In this document: positions 38,765 to 47,563 of the stretch, one piece after another | How positions within the stretch are numbered: position 1 is the first letter of the stretch | How the letters are laid out: the number at the start of each line of letters is the position of its first letter | DNA from: Candidatus Poribacteria bacterium | GTDB lineage: Bacteria; Poribacteria; WGA-4E; WGA-3G | DNA length: 64,000 nucleotides | NCBI GenBank assembly: GCA_965116815.1 | Contig: OZ220722.1 | Location: 2,293,941 to 2,357,940 of the forward strand | Reading direction: 5' to 3' | Program-made: the position numbers and the translations under genes | Notes under the pieces: generated by a model | Seen by the model: only the letters and a program-made list of their open reading frames with translations | The model's database searches: none | Told to the model about the DNA's origin: nothing

Positions 38765-39802
38765 TCAACGCGCTAACTTCTGCTGTAGTTTTGGACTGTC
38801 TATAACATCGCGGTTAACAACATACGAAGGGATTTGACCAGCAGCCACATTGATGATACTTCGACAGGCACTCTTGGCGTTGCCTTCAAAACATTCGTCT
38901 GTCCAACAGATACTGTGCGGCGTAACGATTACATTGTCTAAGCTTAAGAGCGGGTCATCATCACGCATTGGTTCCTGCTCAAAGACATCGAGTCCTGCCC
39001 CTTGGATCCGTTTATTCTGGAGTGCCTCTGTGAGTGCCTTCTGATCAACGATTGGACCGCGTGCGGTGTTGATGAGGTAAGCCGTCGGTTTCATCAACCC
39101 GATACGCCTCGCATCAACAATCCCTCGCGTCTCTTCATTTAGCGGGCAGCAGACACATACAAAATCGGCGGTTTGCATTAAGGTGTCCAAATCGACCAGT
39201 TCTACATCAACTTCCGCCGCCTCAGCAGGTGTGACATACGGATCGTAAGTGATATGGCGCATCCCGAAAGGTTTCGCTAATTTAAATGCCTCTTTTCCAA
39301 TATTACCCATACCGACAAGTCCCAGCGTTCTGCCAATCAATCCCATTCCCCTATAGTTTTGTGTATTTCTCCAACCGCCAGCACGGGTGAGTCGATCCTT
39401 TATTAAGAGCATGTGGCTCAGCGACAAGACAAAGGTCATAATAGAGGTGGCAACGGGACGGCGAACACCATCAGGGGCAATTGTTAGCAGCACACCGTTT
39501 TCAGTACAGGCTTCCACGTCCACCTTATCATAACCGACACCGAATCGAGCGATGACAGACAGTTTGTCTGCTCCTGTGAATGTTTCTGCCGTAATACCCG
39601 TACCCAATACTAAGAGTGCATCGTAATCCTGAACCTGTGTTGCTTGTAATACCGGTGTATTTTCAGCAATATATTCCCATTGTAGACCGGCTCCATCAAA
39701 AAGTGGACCGGCAAAGTCATCTAAATCAGAGGTGCCATCGGGACCCAGAAAGTCCCGTGTGACACCTACACGAAATACGGATTTTTTCATATTATTCCTC
39801 AA
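38765..39802 (-). CDS. D-isomer-specific 2-hydroxyacid dehydrogenase (NAD-binding; PGDH/GyaR-like)
   Basis: GLVGMGNIGKEAFKLA Rossmann motif, with catalytic R/E/H in the PHS.CWTDE region. Confidence 0.8.
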   Translation of the reverse strand: MRNNMKKSVFRVGVTRDFLGPDGTSDLDDFAGPLFDGAGLQWEYIAENTPVLQATQVQDYDALLVLGTGITAETFTGADKLSVIARFGVGYDKVDVEACTENGVLLTIAPDGVRRPVATSIMTFVLSLSHMLLIKDRLTRAGGWRNTQNYRGMGLIGRTLGLVGMGNIGKEAFKLAKPFGMRHITYDPYVTPAEAAEVDVELVDLDTLMQTADFVCVCCPLNEETRGIVDARRIGLMKPTAYLINTARGPIVDQKALTEALQNKRIQGAGLDVFEQEPMRDDDPLLSLDNVIVTPHSICWTDECFEGNAKSACRSIINVAAGQIPSYVVNRDVIDSPKLQQKLAR

Positions 39803-41384
39803 TCCAAATCTGACGGAAGTACCTCCACTTCAACGGATGGAGTTTGAGATTCTTGACCTTTTTGTTAATCACTAAAATTTGTTTTGCGTGTGCTAAAGGG
39901 ACCCACGGTACATCTTTATGGAAAATTTGCTGTGCCTCTTGGTAGAGCGAAACCCGCTTTTCTCGATCCGAGATTGCTCTCGCCTGCTCTAAAACGTTTT
40001 GCATTTCATCACTTCGATAAAATGCGATATTTCCGGCGGGCTTCTCGGCTGACGATTTGCTTAAAAGAAAATAGAGGAAATTATCTGGGTCACCGAGGTC
40101 GGCACTCCATCCTAACATTGCCATATCGTGTTCACCGTGTTTCGTTTTCTCAAGATAGGTGCCCCAGTCGAAAGTCACGATTTTTGTTTCAATGCCAATA
40201 TTTCGGAGTTCGGATTGCAGTGCCTCTGCGAGTGCGCGTCCGTCAGGAATATAGGGACGCGGGACCGGCAATGCCCAGAGCGTTGTCTCAAAACCGTCGG
40301 GATATCCGGCTTCAGTGAGAAGTCGCTTCGCCAGTTCTGGATCATAAGTGTAATCCTCAATTGAATCGTCATAACTCCAGAGCGTCGGCGGAATCGGGTT
40401 CTTCGCGGGGATGCCCATTCCCTGATAGAGATGTTCAATAATCACGGATTTGTTAATGGCATGGTTAATCGCGAGTCGGACTTTGAGGTTATCGAAAGGT
40501 GGCTTGTCCATATTCATCGCAAGATAGCCGATACTCATACCGGGCTGTGCGATCAACTTAAGTGTCTCATCGTCTCGAATCTGTTCCAAATCGTCCGGAT
40601 TTGGGAACTCCATGGCATGGAGGCTTCCTTGCTGAAGTTCAATAAGCCTCACCGAGTTATCAGGAATAGAACGGAAGATGACTCTATCTAACATAGGTCG
40701 CCCATCCCAATAGTCATCGTTTGCCACAAGCACGATTTTATCTTTCCTGTCCCACTGCACAAACTTGAACGGACCGGTACCAACTGGGTTGTTGGAAAAC
40801 TCATCACCCCATTTCTGCGCTGCTGTTGGGCTAACAATGGAGAATGGGGTTATTGCAATCGTATAGATGAAAGGGGCATAAGCCGTTTTAAGGCGAATTT
40901 GGACGGTAAAGTCATCTACAGCGGTAATTTTATCGACAATCTCTGCCAAGCCTGTGGCTATCCAGTAAATGTAGCTGCCGCCAATTTTATGGAACGGATG
41001 TGTCTTATCGTGTTGTCGGTTAAGGGAGAAGAGGACGGCTTCGGCGTTGAAGGGGGTTCCGTCGTGGAAGGTTACGCCTTGCCGAAGGTGAAAGGTCCAC
41101 GTCAAACCGTCTTCCGAGTTCTCCCAATTTGTGGCGAGACCCGGCTCAAGTTCAGCACTCTCCTCTTTGTATTGAACGAGTGTATCGTAGATGTTATCGC
41201 AGACTTTGAAGGATTCCCCATCTTCCTCAAGGGCTGGGTCTAATCCGACCGAGTCACCACCGCGACCGAATATTAGGGTGCCGCCCTGCTTTGAATGCGA
41301 GTCGGCAAATACAGGGGAAAGCATGGCAATCGGTAGTATCAGGACAATGAGTAAGAAGACCTGTGTGGAAAGTTTGTTTTGCAT
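39792..41384 (-). CDS. ABC transporter substrate-binding protein, family 5 (peptide/nickel/opine type), orphan
   Basis: SBP_bac_5 pattern (GGTLIFG.GGDSVGLDPA...). Signal peptide. The start is set at MQNKLST. No permease or ATPase genes are adjacent. Confidence 0.75.
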   Translation of the reverse strand: MQNKLSTQVFLLIVLILPIAMLSPVFADSHSKQGGTLIFGRGGDSVGLDPALEEDGESFKVCDNIYDTLVQYKEESAELEPGLATNWENSEDGLTWTFHLRQGVTFHDGTPFNAEAVLFSLNRQHDKTHPFHKIGGSYIYWIATGLAEIVDKITAVDDFTVQIRLKTAYAPFIYTIAITPFSIVSPTAAQKWGDEFSNNPVGTGPFKFVQWDRKDKIVLVANDDYWDGRPMLDRVIFRSIPDNSVRLIELQQGSLHAMEFPNPDDLEQIRDDETLKLIAQPGMSIGYLAMNMDKPPFDNLKVRLAINHAINKSVIIEHLYQGMGIPAKNPIPPTLWSYDDSIEDYTYDPELAKRLLTEAGYPDGFETTLWALPVPRPYIPDGRALAEALQSELRNIGIETKIVTFDWGTYLEKTKHGEHDMAMLGWSADLGDPDNFLYFLLSKSSAEKPAGNIAFYRSDEMQNVLEQARAISDREKRVSLYQEAQQIFHKDVPWVPLAHAKQILVINKKVKNLKLHPLKWRYFRQIWIEE

Positions 41385-41679
41385 AATTTCTCCGATGTGT
41401 GTTGAAAAGATATATGCTCTATGATACAGACTTCTCTCGGAAATGTCAAGCGGTCTTTTTCTTAGCAAAAATGTCCGAGTTGCAGAAGGCAACGGAAAAA
41501 TGTTATAATCTTTGATGGGAGTCCCTTATATACTTCTCGTATAAATAGCAGTATTTTTTATAGTAAAGCTTCTGGTAATCACGAAGCCTTGTTAACTGGT
41601 GTGGCTGAGAAGTGAGGTTTCCAACCTCGCCAGCGTTGCACTATGCATGATTATACTAACATTTTTTTAGGAGGTTTTC

Positions 41680-42159
41680 ATGAAAACCGATAATAATGGC
41701 AATCAGTTACCGAAGGAGACAAAACTGGCGTACGCGTATTATAAACTGTACCGTGATATGCCGGCAGAGGAACGTTCTTTGCGGGTGCTATGTGAACGCG
41801 AAGTGAACGGTAAAAAAAGATCTATTTCGCTACTTGGGCGTTGGTCGAGTGAACACAATTGGCAAGAGCGAATTGCGGCTTATGACGCTGAAGCTGAGCG
41901 TGCGGCGTATCAAGAAAAATTAGCTCAGCGTCAGGCAGAGGTTGAGGCGTTTATAGACGAAGATATGGCGATCTCCATTAAATTCCAAAAGCTTTGTAAG
42001 ACGCGGCTTGAGGAATTGGACCAAGCCGGAAAGGATATGGATTGTAAAGAGTTGCGTCAATTGGCGTTGACGTATAAAGAATGTCGGGAGTGGCTAAAGA
42101 ACCTGATCGGGATTCTGGGGGAGGTAGAGGACGATGAAGCGGAAACGGCAGAAGATTAA
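41680..42159 (+). CDS. hypothetical protein (charged, helical; mobile-element-associated?)
   Basis: 159-aa ORF with a TATACT-type promoter upstream. Its 3' end overlaps the next ORF. Confidence 0.4.
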   Translation: MKTDNNGNQLPKETKLAYAYYKLYRDMPAEERSLRVLCEREVNGKKRSISLLGRWSSEHNWQERIAAYDAEAERAAYQEKLAQRQAEVEAFIDEDMAISIKFQKLCKTRLEELDQAGKDMDCKELRQLALTYKECREWLKNLIGILGEVEDDEAETAED

Positions 42160-43138
42160 TTTTCATGAGGTACGTTATCCGAAGCAGTTGAAATCAAAGG
42201 TAACTTTGATGTCTCCAGAACGACTTGGGGAATTGTATACAGAATGGGTCGATTTCGTTCGGCAGTTTACCCTGTGTGGTGGCGGCGAATGGTATATTGA
42301 TTTCTGTAATGACGAGTTTCGCGAATGGTTTGATAGTGAGGACTGTTGGTGGTCAAAGAAGGATAATATCCTCGCGTTTCGTCGGTGGTATGAAAAGAAC
42401 AAGGAGGTGTTGACATCTGCAGCATTTCAACACTATAAGGCGGAACAAGAAGCACAGAAAACAGCATTACATAAGCGGTTTTATTCCTTAGATCCTATCA
42501 AATACCATTATGAGGTTTCTCTTGGTTATATCGGTAGATGGTTGACTATTCTTGAGAGATGGTATAAAGAGGAGGCAGCGATATATAAACTGGCGCAGGC
42601 TTTGCTTTTGGAGGTTGCAATCACTGAATGCGTCTTTTTACGAGAGACAACATCTGTGCGGGGGAGTCAGGAATATAAAGAGTGGCTTCTGGTGGATGAG
42701 GCGAATGATCTGTTTCCACAGATGCGCAATAGAGGTCCACTGGACTGGAAATGGCAGGCATTGAAATCGAGTAATGATTGCTATCGGGGTGACATGGAAC
42801 AGGCAGGGTTGATTGTTTCGGTGATGCGCGCCCAGGTCTCCTCTGGAAATCTTGATGAAGAGGTTCTCGGTTTGATAGCGGCGGAGCATGCGCGGTTTTC
42901 ATCAAGTGATCTGGATTTTGAGTATCACCGGTCGTTAGCGATTGCGTCTTGTTTTTCTTCTGATTCTATTACAGTAAATCCATCGAGGTTGTTAGAAGGA
43001 ACAGAAAAATGTTTGCAAGCGTGGAATGTAAGAGATAGGAGCTCTGGATGGGATGCACTTGCGGTTCAAAAACAGGAAGAGTATCGGGCATTTTGGGAAA
43101 GGTGGAAGAACGTTCAAACAGAGCATGAGAATTTATAG
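42134..43138 (+). CDS. hypothetical protein (Trp/Cys-rich N-terminal region; unknown family)
   Basis: 334-aa ORF overlapping the upstream gene by about 26 nt (operon). Confidence 0.4.
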   Translation: MKRKRQKINFHEVRYPKQLKSKVTLMSPERLGELYTEWVDFVRQFTLCGGGEWYIDFCNDEFREWFDSEDCWWSKKDNILAFRRWYEKNKEVLTSAAFQHYKAEQEAQKTALHKRFYSLDPIKYHYEVSLGYIGRWLTILERWYKEEAAIYKLAQALLLEVAITECVFLRETTSVRGSQEYKEWLLVDEANDLFPQMRNRGPLDWKWQALKSSNDCYRGDMEQAGLIVSVMRAQVSSGNLDEEVLGLIAAEHARFSSSDLDFEYHRSLAIASCFSSDSITVNPSRLLEGTEKCLQAWNVRDRSSGWDALAVQKQEEYRAFWERWKNVQTEHENL

Positions 43139-43281
43139 TGTTGAAGGGGCATCAAGGTGCATTAGGTGGACATGTTTGTTGCCCGTTTCGTATGGACTGT
43201 CCAAGTTGTTTCTGTGAATCTTCAGTGTGCCTTTTGTTATTGTATAGGTTACGGAGAGTCCACGGCGTGTGCCTACTACTT

Positions 43282-43539
43282 TTAATAAGGATCCGTGATA
43301 GTCTCATTCACAGTCTCACGCCATGAGTCTTCAAATAGCATACGGAAAGACATTGTTTTGTTGTTGGTTGAAATGATCTCCATCGTGCCGTGTTGTGTAG
43401 CGTTTCGATATAATTTTTCTAACGATTTGATAAGTTTCTGTTTGTAGGTGGTGTCGGTGTTACCTTCGAGGTGTTGTCCTTTGGTCTCGAAACCAACGCC
43501 CTTCGTTTCATATCTGAATAATGATTTCCTCATGGTCAA
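43282..43539 (-). CDS. HicA-like toxin (YcfA family), probable
   Basis: The N-terminus RKSLFRYETKGVGFETKGQHL resembles E. coli HicA KQSEFRRWLESQGV..GSNHL. It overlaps the upstream HicB-like gene. Confidence 0.45.
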   Translation of the reverse strand: MTMRKSLFRYETKGVGFETKGQHLEGNTDTTYKQKLIKSLEKLYRNATQHGTMEIISTNNKTMSFRMLFEDSWRETVNETITDPY

Positions 43540-43729
43540 CTTTCGCAGCCTTGATAGCCTCTTTACTATTGTAATCTATCATTTCGAGAAGCATAATTCG
43601 TAGTGCTTCAAGCAATTCGTCCTTCGTCCGTTCTTGACCATTTACGCCGGGAATTTCCTGTATCCAACCCATCCACCAGCCTTCGTCCTGTTGGATAACA
43701 GCGGTATAAGTTTGTGTCAGCGGTTCCAT
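43508..43729 (-). CDS. HicB-like antitoxin (UPF0150 family)
   Basis: YTAVIQQDEGWWMGWIQEIPGVNGQERTKDELLEALR is the UPF0150/HicB N-domain signature. Confidence 0.55.
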   Translation of the reverse strand: MEPLTQTYTAVIQQDEGWWMGWIQEIPGVNGQERTKDELLEALRIMLLEMIDYNSKEAIKAAKVDHEEIIIQI

Positions 43730-43904
43730 CCTCCTTTAAGAGGGTACAACAACTTTAGACTTAAGAATCAAGCCACCCTTTTCATCTTTTATGAAATTTC
43801 CGTGTGTAGTCGGTGAGGAAGTCTTGTTTCTCTTGCCGTTTGATATCCTCACAGAGTGCGCGTAAATCGTACTGAAAAGAAGCAGCCCATTCGTCGCGAA
43901 TCTG

Positions 43905-44180
43905 GTGAATTTCCTCAATACCGACCAGTATCGTGGATACAATGAGATCGGTAAACAGATGAAGCACGAAACGATGAATCGAAGTGAGCAGTGGGAGCCC
44001 AATGGTATCCATACCAACACAATCGAAGGCTTCTGGTCTTTCGTCAAACGGGCGTGGTATGGATCACATCACCACTATTCAACAGGATACACGCCCTTGT
44101 ATCTCGCAGAGGCAGGCTATAAGTATAACTACCGAGAAACCAACATCTTTGAGAAGTTTCTCAAGCAAAGCATGCAGTGA
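43905..44180 (+). pseudogene. IS1595-family (ISXO2-like) transposase C-terminal fragment
   Basis: TDQYRGYNEIG...H..MN....W..NGIHTNTIEGFWSFVKR matches the IS1595 DDE C-terminal region. The upstream two-thirds are absent. Confidence 0.6.
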
Positions 44181-44320
44181 AGAACGGATACAAGTGGAAA
44201 CTCAAAAAGGAAAATTACAACTTTCTCAAGTCCAAAACGACTAATTCCGATAACGCAAGTTGCTACCTTTTTATGCATATAGCACTCCGCTGGAGTGCAA
44301 TCGCACAAATACGCTATTTT

Positions 44321-44530
44321 CTATAGATATATCACCCCGCTGGGGTGGGGAAAAGACAAAAAACCTTTCCGAAGTGGGCAAAATCTGTTAGTAGCAACTT
44401 GGATTAAATTATGACGATGTTTCCAAGAACGTCGCAAATCCAGAACAAGCATGTCTTCAAGGGTTTCCTTTTCAGGTATCCACTCGCCATTTTCAACACA
44501 GTTCGGTTCATAGAAGAATCCGTTTTTCAT
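44321..44530 (-). CDS. small hypothetical protein (good AAGGAG RBS; C-terminal part may be spurious)
   Basis: MKNGFFYEPNCVENGEWIPEKETLEDMLVLDL... behind a strong RBS. The ORF runs into a hairpin-rich region. Confidence 0.3.
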   Translation of the reverse strand: MKNGFFYEPNCVENGEWIPEKETLEDMLVLDLRRSWKHRHNLIQVATNRFCPLRKGFLSFPHPSGVIYL

Positions 44531-44750
44531 TAATCATACTCCTTGTAAAAAATGCCCGGTAGGTGCGGTTTTGCGGCGTACACGCCCAAATGCGACCTGC
44601 ATACTAACCGCACCGGATTTTAGACACAAACTTTGCATATCCCAAAATCTATTATTCAGATTCAGTAAGAGTATCCGATTCATCGGCATATCCCATAAAT
44701 TCTCGCATAAATGTATCGATTGTCTATTTTGTTAAGTTCAGAAATTAATC

Positions 44751-45620
44751 CTATTTCTTTGCCTCTGTTGTGAAATCAATGATGCGTATAACCCCCCAGT
44801 CGGCAGGTTCCCAATTCCGTGCCGCATCTGCCCATCGAAGTTGTACTCTATAGCGCTCTCCATGCCGTAACCAAAGGCCTTCACCCGGTAATCTCAAAAG
44901 GATTATACGCTTACCATCTATCAACATTGTCCATTTCATATCAATCTGGCGCGTGTTATTCCAGAGTTTCACGTTCGCGCTATCAATATCCTCGTCAAAG
45001 TCAAACACAAAACGTTCTGTGTCTTTAGGGACATTTATGTCCCCATGTCCGACACTACTTCTGATCATTTGGGGGGCTCTATTGTCTCCTTTCTTTGTTG
45101 TGAATGTAATTAGAATGGTGCGCTTATTTCCCTCAGTGTCTTCGACATCCCCGGATATTTCATATTGTCCGTCGGTTTTTAAATTAATCACGTTTCCAAG
45201 GGGTGTGAGAACAACTTTCTTGCCATTAACAATCCGTTTCCAACGAAGACTCTGTCTAAAGTTGTCGTGGTTTTTGTGGATTTGGATATTCGATTTTGCA
45301 ACATCTTCATCGAAAGTCAAGGTGATGCTATTCAAACGTATATGCACGTTTCTTTCACCGTCCGAGATGCTGCTTTCTACGAGTTTCGGACCAAAGATAT
45401 CAAAAACAGGTTCAGGTTCAGGTTCATCTACAATAGGTTCTATAATAGGAACTGCCGGATCTGGTTGTGGGACTAAAGGTTGGGATTGTGCTTCTGTATC
45501 AGGTTCCTCTATCACAACAGGTGTCGCAAAAATGCTTTGTGTGCCTTCGTGATCCCCGCTATCGACAGAACAGCCGATCACACAGGCAATGAGTATAGAC
45601 ATTAAGAGTGTTTTTATCAT
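44751..45620 (-). CDS. hypothetical lipoprotein (Ig-like/beta-rich?)
   Basis: Lipobox LIACVIGCS. The Pro/Glu-rich linker suggests a surface location. Confidence 0.45.
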   Translation of the reverse strand: MIKTLLMSILIACVIGCSVDSGDHEGTQSIFATPVVIEEPDTEAQSQPLVPQPDPAVPIIEPIVDEPEPEPVFDIFGPKLVESSISDGERNVHIRLNSITLTFDEDVAKSNIQIHKNHDNFRQSLRWKRIVNGKKVVLTPLGNVINLKTDGQYEISGDVEDTEGNKRTILITFTTKKGDNRAPQMIRSSVGHGDINVPKDTERFVFDFDEDIDSANVKLWNNTRQIDMKWTMLIDGKRIILLRLPGEGLWLRHGERYRVQLRWADAARNWEPADWGVIRIIDFTTEAKK

Positions 45621-45631
45621 CGTTTCCTCTG

Positions 45632-46309
45632 TTAGTGAAAATTGAGCGCAATGTTATAGACAATCTCAGAACTCTCGAAAGAGAATTCAATAGCACCGAT
45701 GAGTGTGATTGTCGGGGACATCTCTATTTCAATTCCGGCTTCTCCAGAGAATAGGTTAGCTGTGTCATCAATAAGAAGCTCACGAGTGGTTGATACGTTA
45801 CGCCAGATATTTGAATAGAAGACACCAAAATAAGGTCTGAGAAAGTTGTTAGGTTCATGTATGATACCGAGACCACCTGCGAGTATCGCATTTACTGAAT
45901 GCTGTGGTAGTCCGCTGCTATGGATTTGGTGATAGTGTGCCCGAAGCCCAGCTCTAAAAAAGTATTGTAATGTTGGCATGTTTCCTAATGGTCCTATGTG
46001 GGTCAATCGTAGTTCAGCAGACGGTGATGGTGGTATATCTAACGGTTCTTTACTGTCAATATGGATGAACCCGACGCTTGGGATTAGTGATACCATTGAA
46101 CTGTGCGTAAAAGCATAATCAAGGCTTATTCTGATGGTTTCTGCTCTAAAAACTTGGTTTTCGCGCCTGCGTTTTGGGAATTCGTAACGCTGTAATCCCA
46201 ATCCGAGTGCCCCTTTTCCTTCAGGTAATGCCTTTAAACGTGTCTGGGCTTCTGATGCCGGTATTAAGAAAAAGATAAAAATTAGGGTGAATATGCAATA
46301 TTTTATCAT
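45632..46309 (-). CDS. putative outer-membrane beta-barrel protein
   Basis: Signal peptide, alternating amphipathic strands and a C-terminal aromatic residue (..NFH). Confidence 0.4.
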   Translation of the reverse strand: MIKYCIFTLIFIFFLIPASEAQTRLKALPEGKGALGLGLQRYEFPKRRRENQVFRAETIRISLDYAFTHSSMVSLIPSVGFIHIDSKEPLDIPPSPSAELRLTHIGPLGNMPTLQYFFRAGLRAHYHQIHSSGLPQHSVNAILAGGLGIIHEPNNFLRPYFGVFYSNIWRNVSTTRELLIDDTANLFSGEAGIEIEMSPTITLIGAIEFSFESSEIVYNIALNFH

Positions 46310-46632
46310 TCAATTATCATCCTTTGGCATTTGGTATTCCTCTTAAAAAAGTGCAAAAGTGCAAAGTGGTGGACAGGGTATCCACGTCTTTGTGTTAGGT
46401 TAGTTCCAATACATACTCTCTTCTTTTTGTCGACGGAAAATTTCACTTGGATATGCCGCTGAATTTCAGAAGATGTAACATATCGTGTTTTCGGGACAGG
46501 TGATGTTTTGGGGCGTGATGGATTTCCTAATGGTTCCGGAAAATATTTAGAATCATTAGGTTTACCGCTCGCGTCCAGAATATCCTCTTGATATGATACA
46601 TAACCCATGAAAATCCCCCTTGCCGAGTTCAA
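46306..46632 (-). CDS. hypothetical protein
   Basis: 108-aa ORF whose start overlaps the OMP-like gene's stop. Confidence 0.3.
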   Translation of the reverse strand: MNSARGIFMGYVSYQEDILDASGKPNDSKYFPEPLGNPSRPKTSPVPKTRYVTSSEIQRHIQVKFSVDKKKRVCIGTNLTQRRGYPVHHFALLHFFKRNTKCQRMIIE

Positions 46633-46824
46633 ATTGAATTCGGATCAATAACAAACTGAAGGTTTGACCACTTTCTGTTTTCGATAGTCTATTTGGATTT
46701 ACCAGTCCAGTCCTTTATCCCCCTACCATGGTGGAAAGGTGGCAAAACGGAGAGAGTCTCCGATTCATGGTAGTGCCACCTTAGAACTGGTTACAATACT
46801 ATGACGTGAGTTCAACTTAAAAGT

Positions 46825-47421
46825 TTAGAGAACATCATACGTAGGAGCGTTCTCTCCACTGTACTTCAGATTAGCACCTTTTTTGTACCACCCGACATCG
46901 TCTTCGAGCCAATCATCAATTTCATCATCATGTAAAGGCACTTCACGTAAAAGTGCAGATCTAGCAACTTTCTCATAAACGAGCACGCTCTCATGCGTAG
47001 TGGTGAAACCTCGATTGTCACGACTTCCTTTTAGATTAAGAACTGCTGCAAGGCATACAATAAACGTATCAGCCCCAAATATTTCGTCCATGATCATTCG
47101 CAAATGATGCTGTTCGTGATGGTCAATAGAAACGAAAATAACGCCATCATCGGAAAGCAATTCGCGCAGCAAATGCAGGCGCGGCCACATCATGCAAAGC
47201 CATTTGTCATGGAGTTCAAGGTCTTCACCATCAACCGGACTGTTTTGAGCAAACCACGCTTGCATCAGCGGGCTATTCACTCGGTCATTGTACACCCAAG
47301 CCTGACTGCCTGTATTATATGGCGGATCAATGTAGATGCACTTGATCTTGCCAGCGTATTTTGGGAGAAGTGCCTTTAGTGCATGTAGGTTGTCGCCGTG
47401 GATAATGAGGTTATCATTCAA
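46825..47421 (-). pseudogene. N6-adenine/N4-cytosine DNA methyltransferase fragment (Type III Mod / beta-class-like), C-terminally truncated
   Basis: DNLHALKAL...IKCIYIDPPYNTG (motif IV DPPY) and HESVLVYEK. It stops after 198 aa, with no TRD or motif I. It begins with TTG directly after a poly-C tract. Confidence 0.7.
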
Positions 47422-47433
47422 CGGAGATTTTTC

Positions 47434-47446
47434 GGGGGGGGGGGGG
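47434..47446. repeat. homopolymeric G13 tract (C13 on the coding strand), 12 nt 5' of the Mod fragment start
   Basis: Seen directly in the sequence (ttcGGGGGGGGGGGGGtaaac). An upstream ATG at about 47546 would read through it into the Mod frame with 12 or 15 Cs rather than 13. Confidence 0.8.
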
Positions 47447-47563
47447 TAAACACGAATTAAGTGATTTTTCTGTGTCTATCTGTAGGGTGCGGACGGGGAC
47501 GGTGAGGTGGTGTCCGTATATGAATTGTTTGCCTTTGAAGTCGAGCGTGGGCATAGAGACTCC

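Noticed and set aside
41606-41632. Motif GAGGTTT..AACCTCGCCAGCG present at 41606-41632 and 49409-49432 (hairpin plus GCCAGCG tail)
   Set aside because: There are only two copies with about 20 nt of similarity, which is near chance level. They are kept as a note, not a feature. This would need genome-wide counting.
43138-43326. Small ORFs between the unknown 334-aa gene and hicA (62 aa at 43138-43326, 60 aa at 43634-43816, 103 aa at 43736-44047 and 76 aa at 43782-44012, both minus strand)
   Set aside because: They overlap one another in different frames and lack RBSs. The 43736-44047 and 43782-44012 minus-strand ORFs overlap the IS1595 remnant region and are more likely frame debris of the degraded transposase.
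44254-44403. Retron-like msr/msd ncRNA (inverted repeats flanking two stable hairpins)
   Set aside because: No reverse-transcriptase gene is within several kb. The element abuts an IS1595 remnant, so an IS-end origin is more parsimonious.
46633-46824. Possible tRNA or small RNA in the structured spacer downstream of the Mod fragment (AAGGTGGCA...TGCCACCTT hairpin). More generally, a tRNA scan of all spacers.
   Set aside because: No T-arm (GTTCRANYC) or anticodon-arm geometry consistent with a tRNA was found in this or any other spacer in the window. The hairpin is probably a terminator, or the break point of the truncated MTase.
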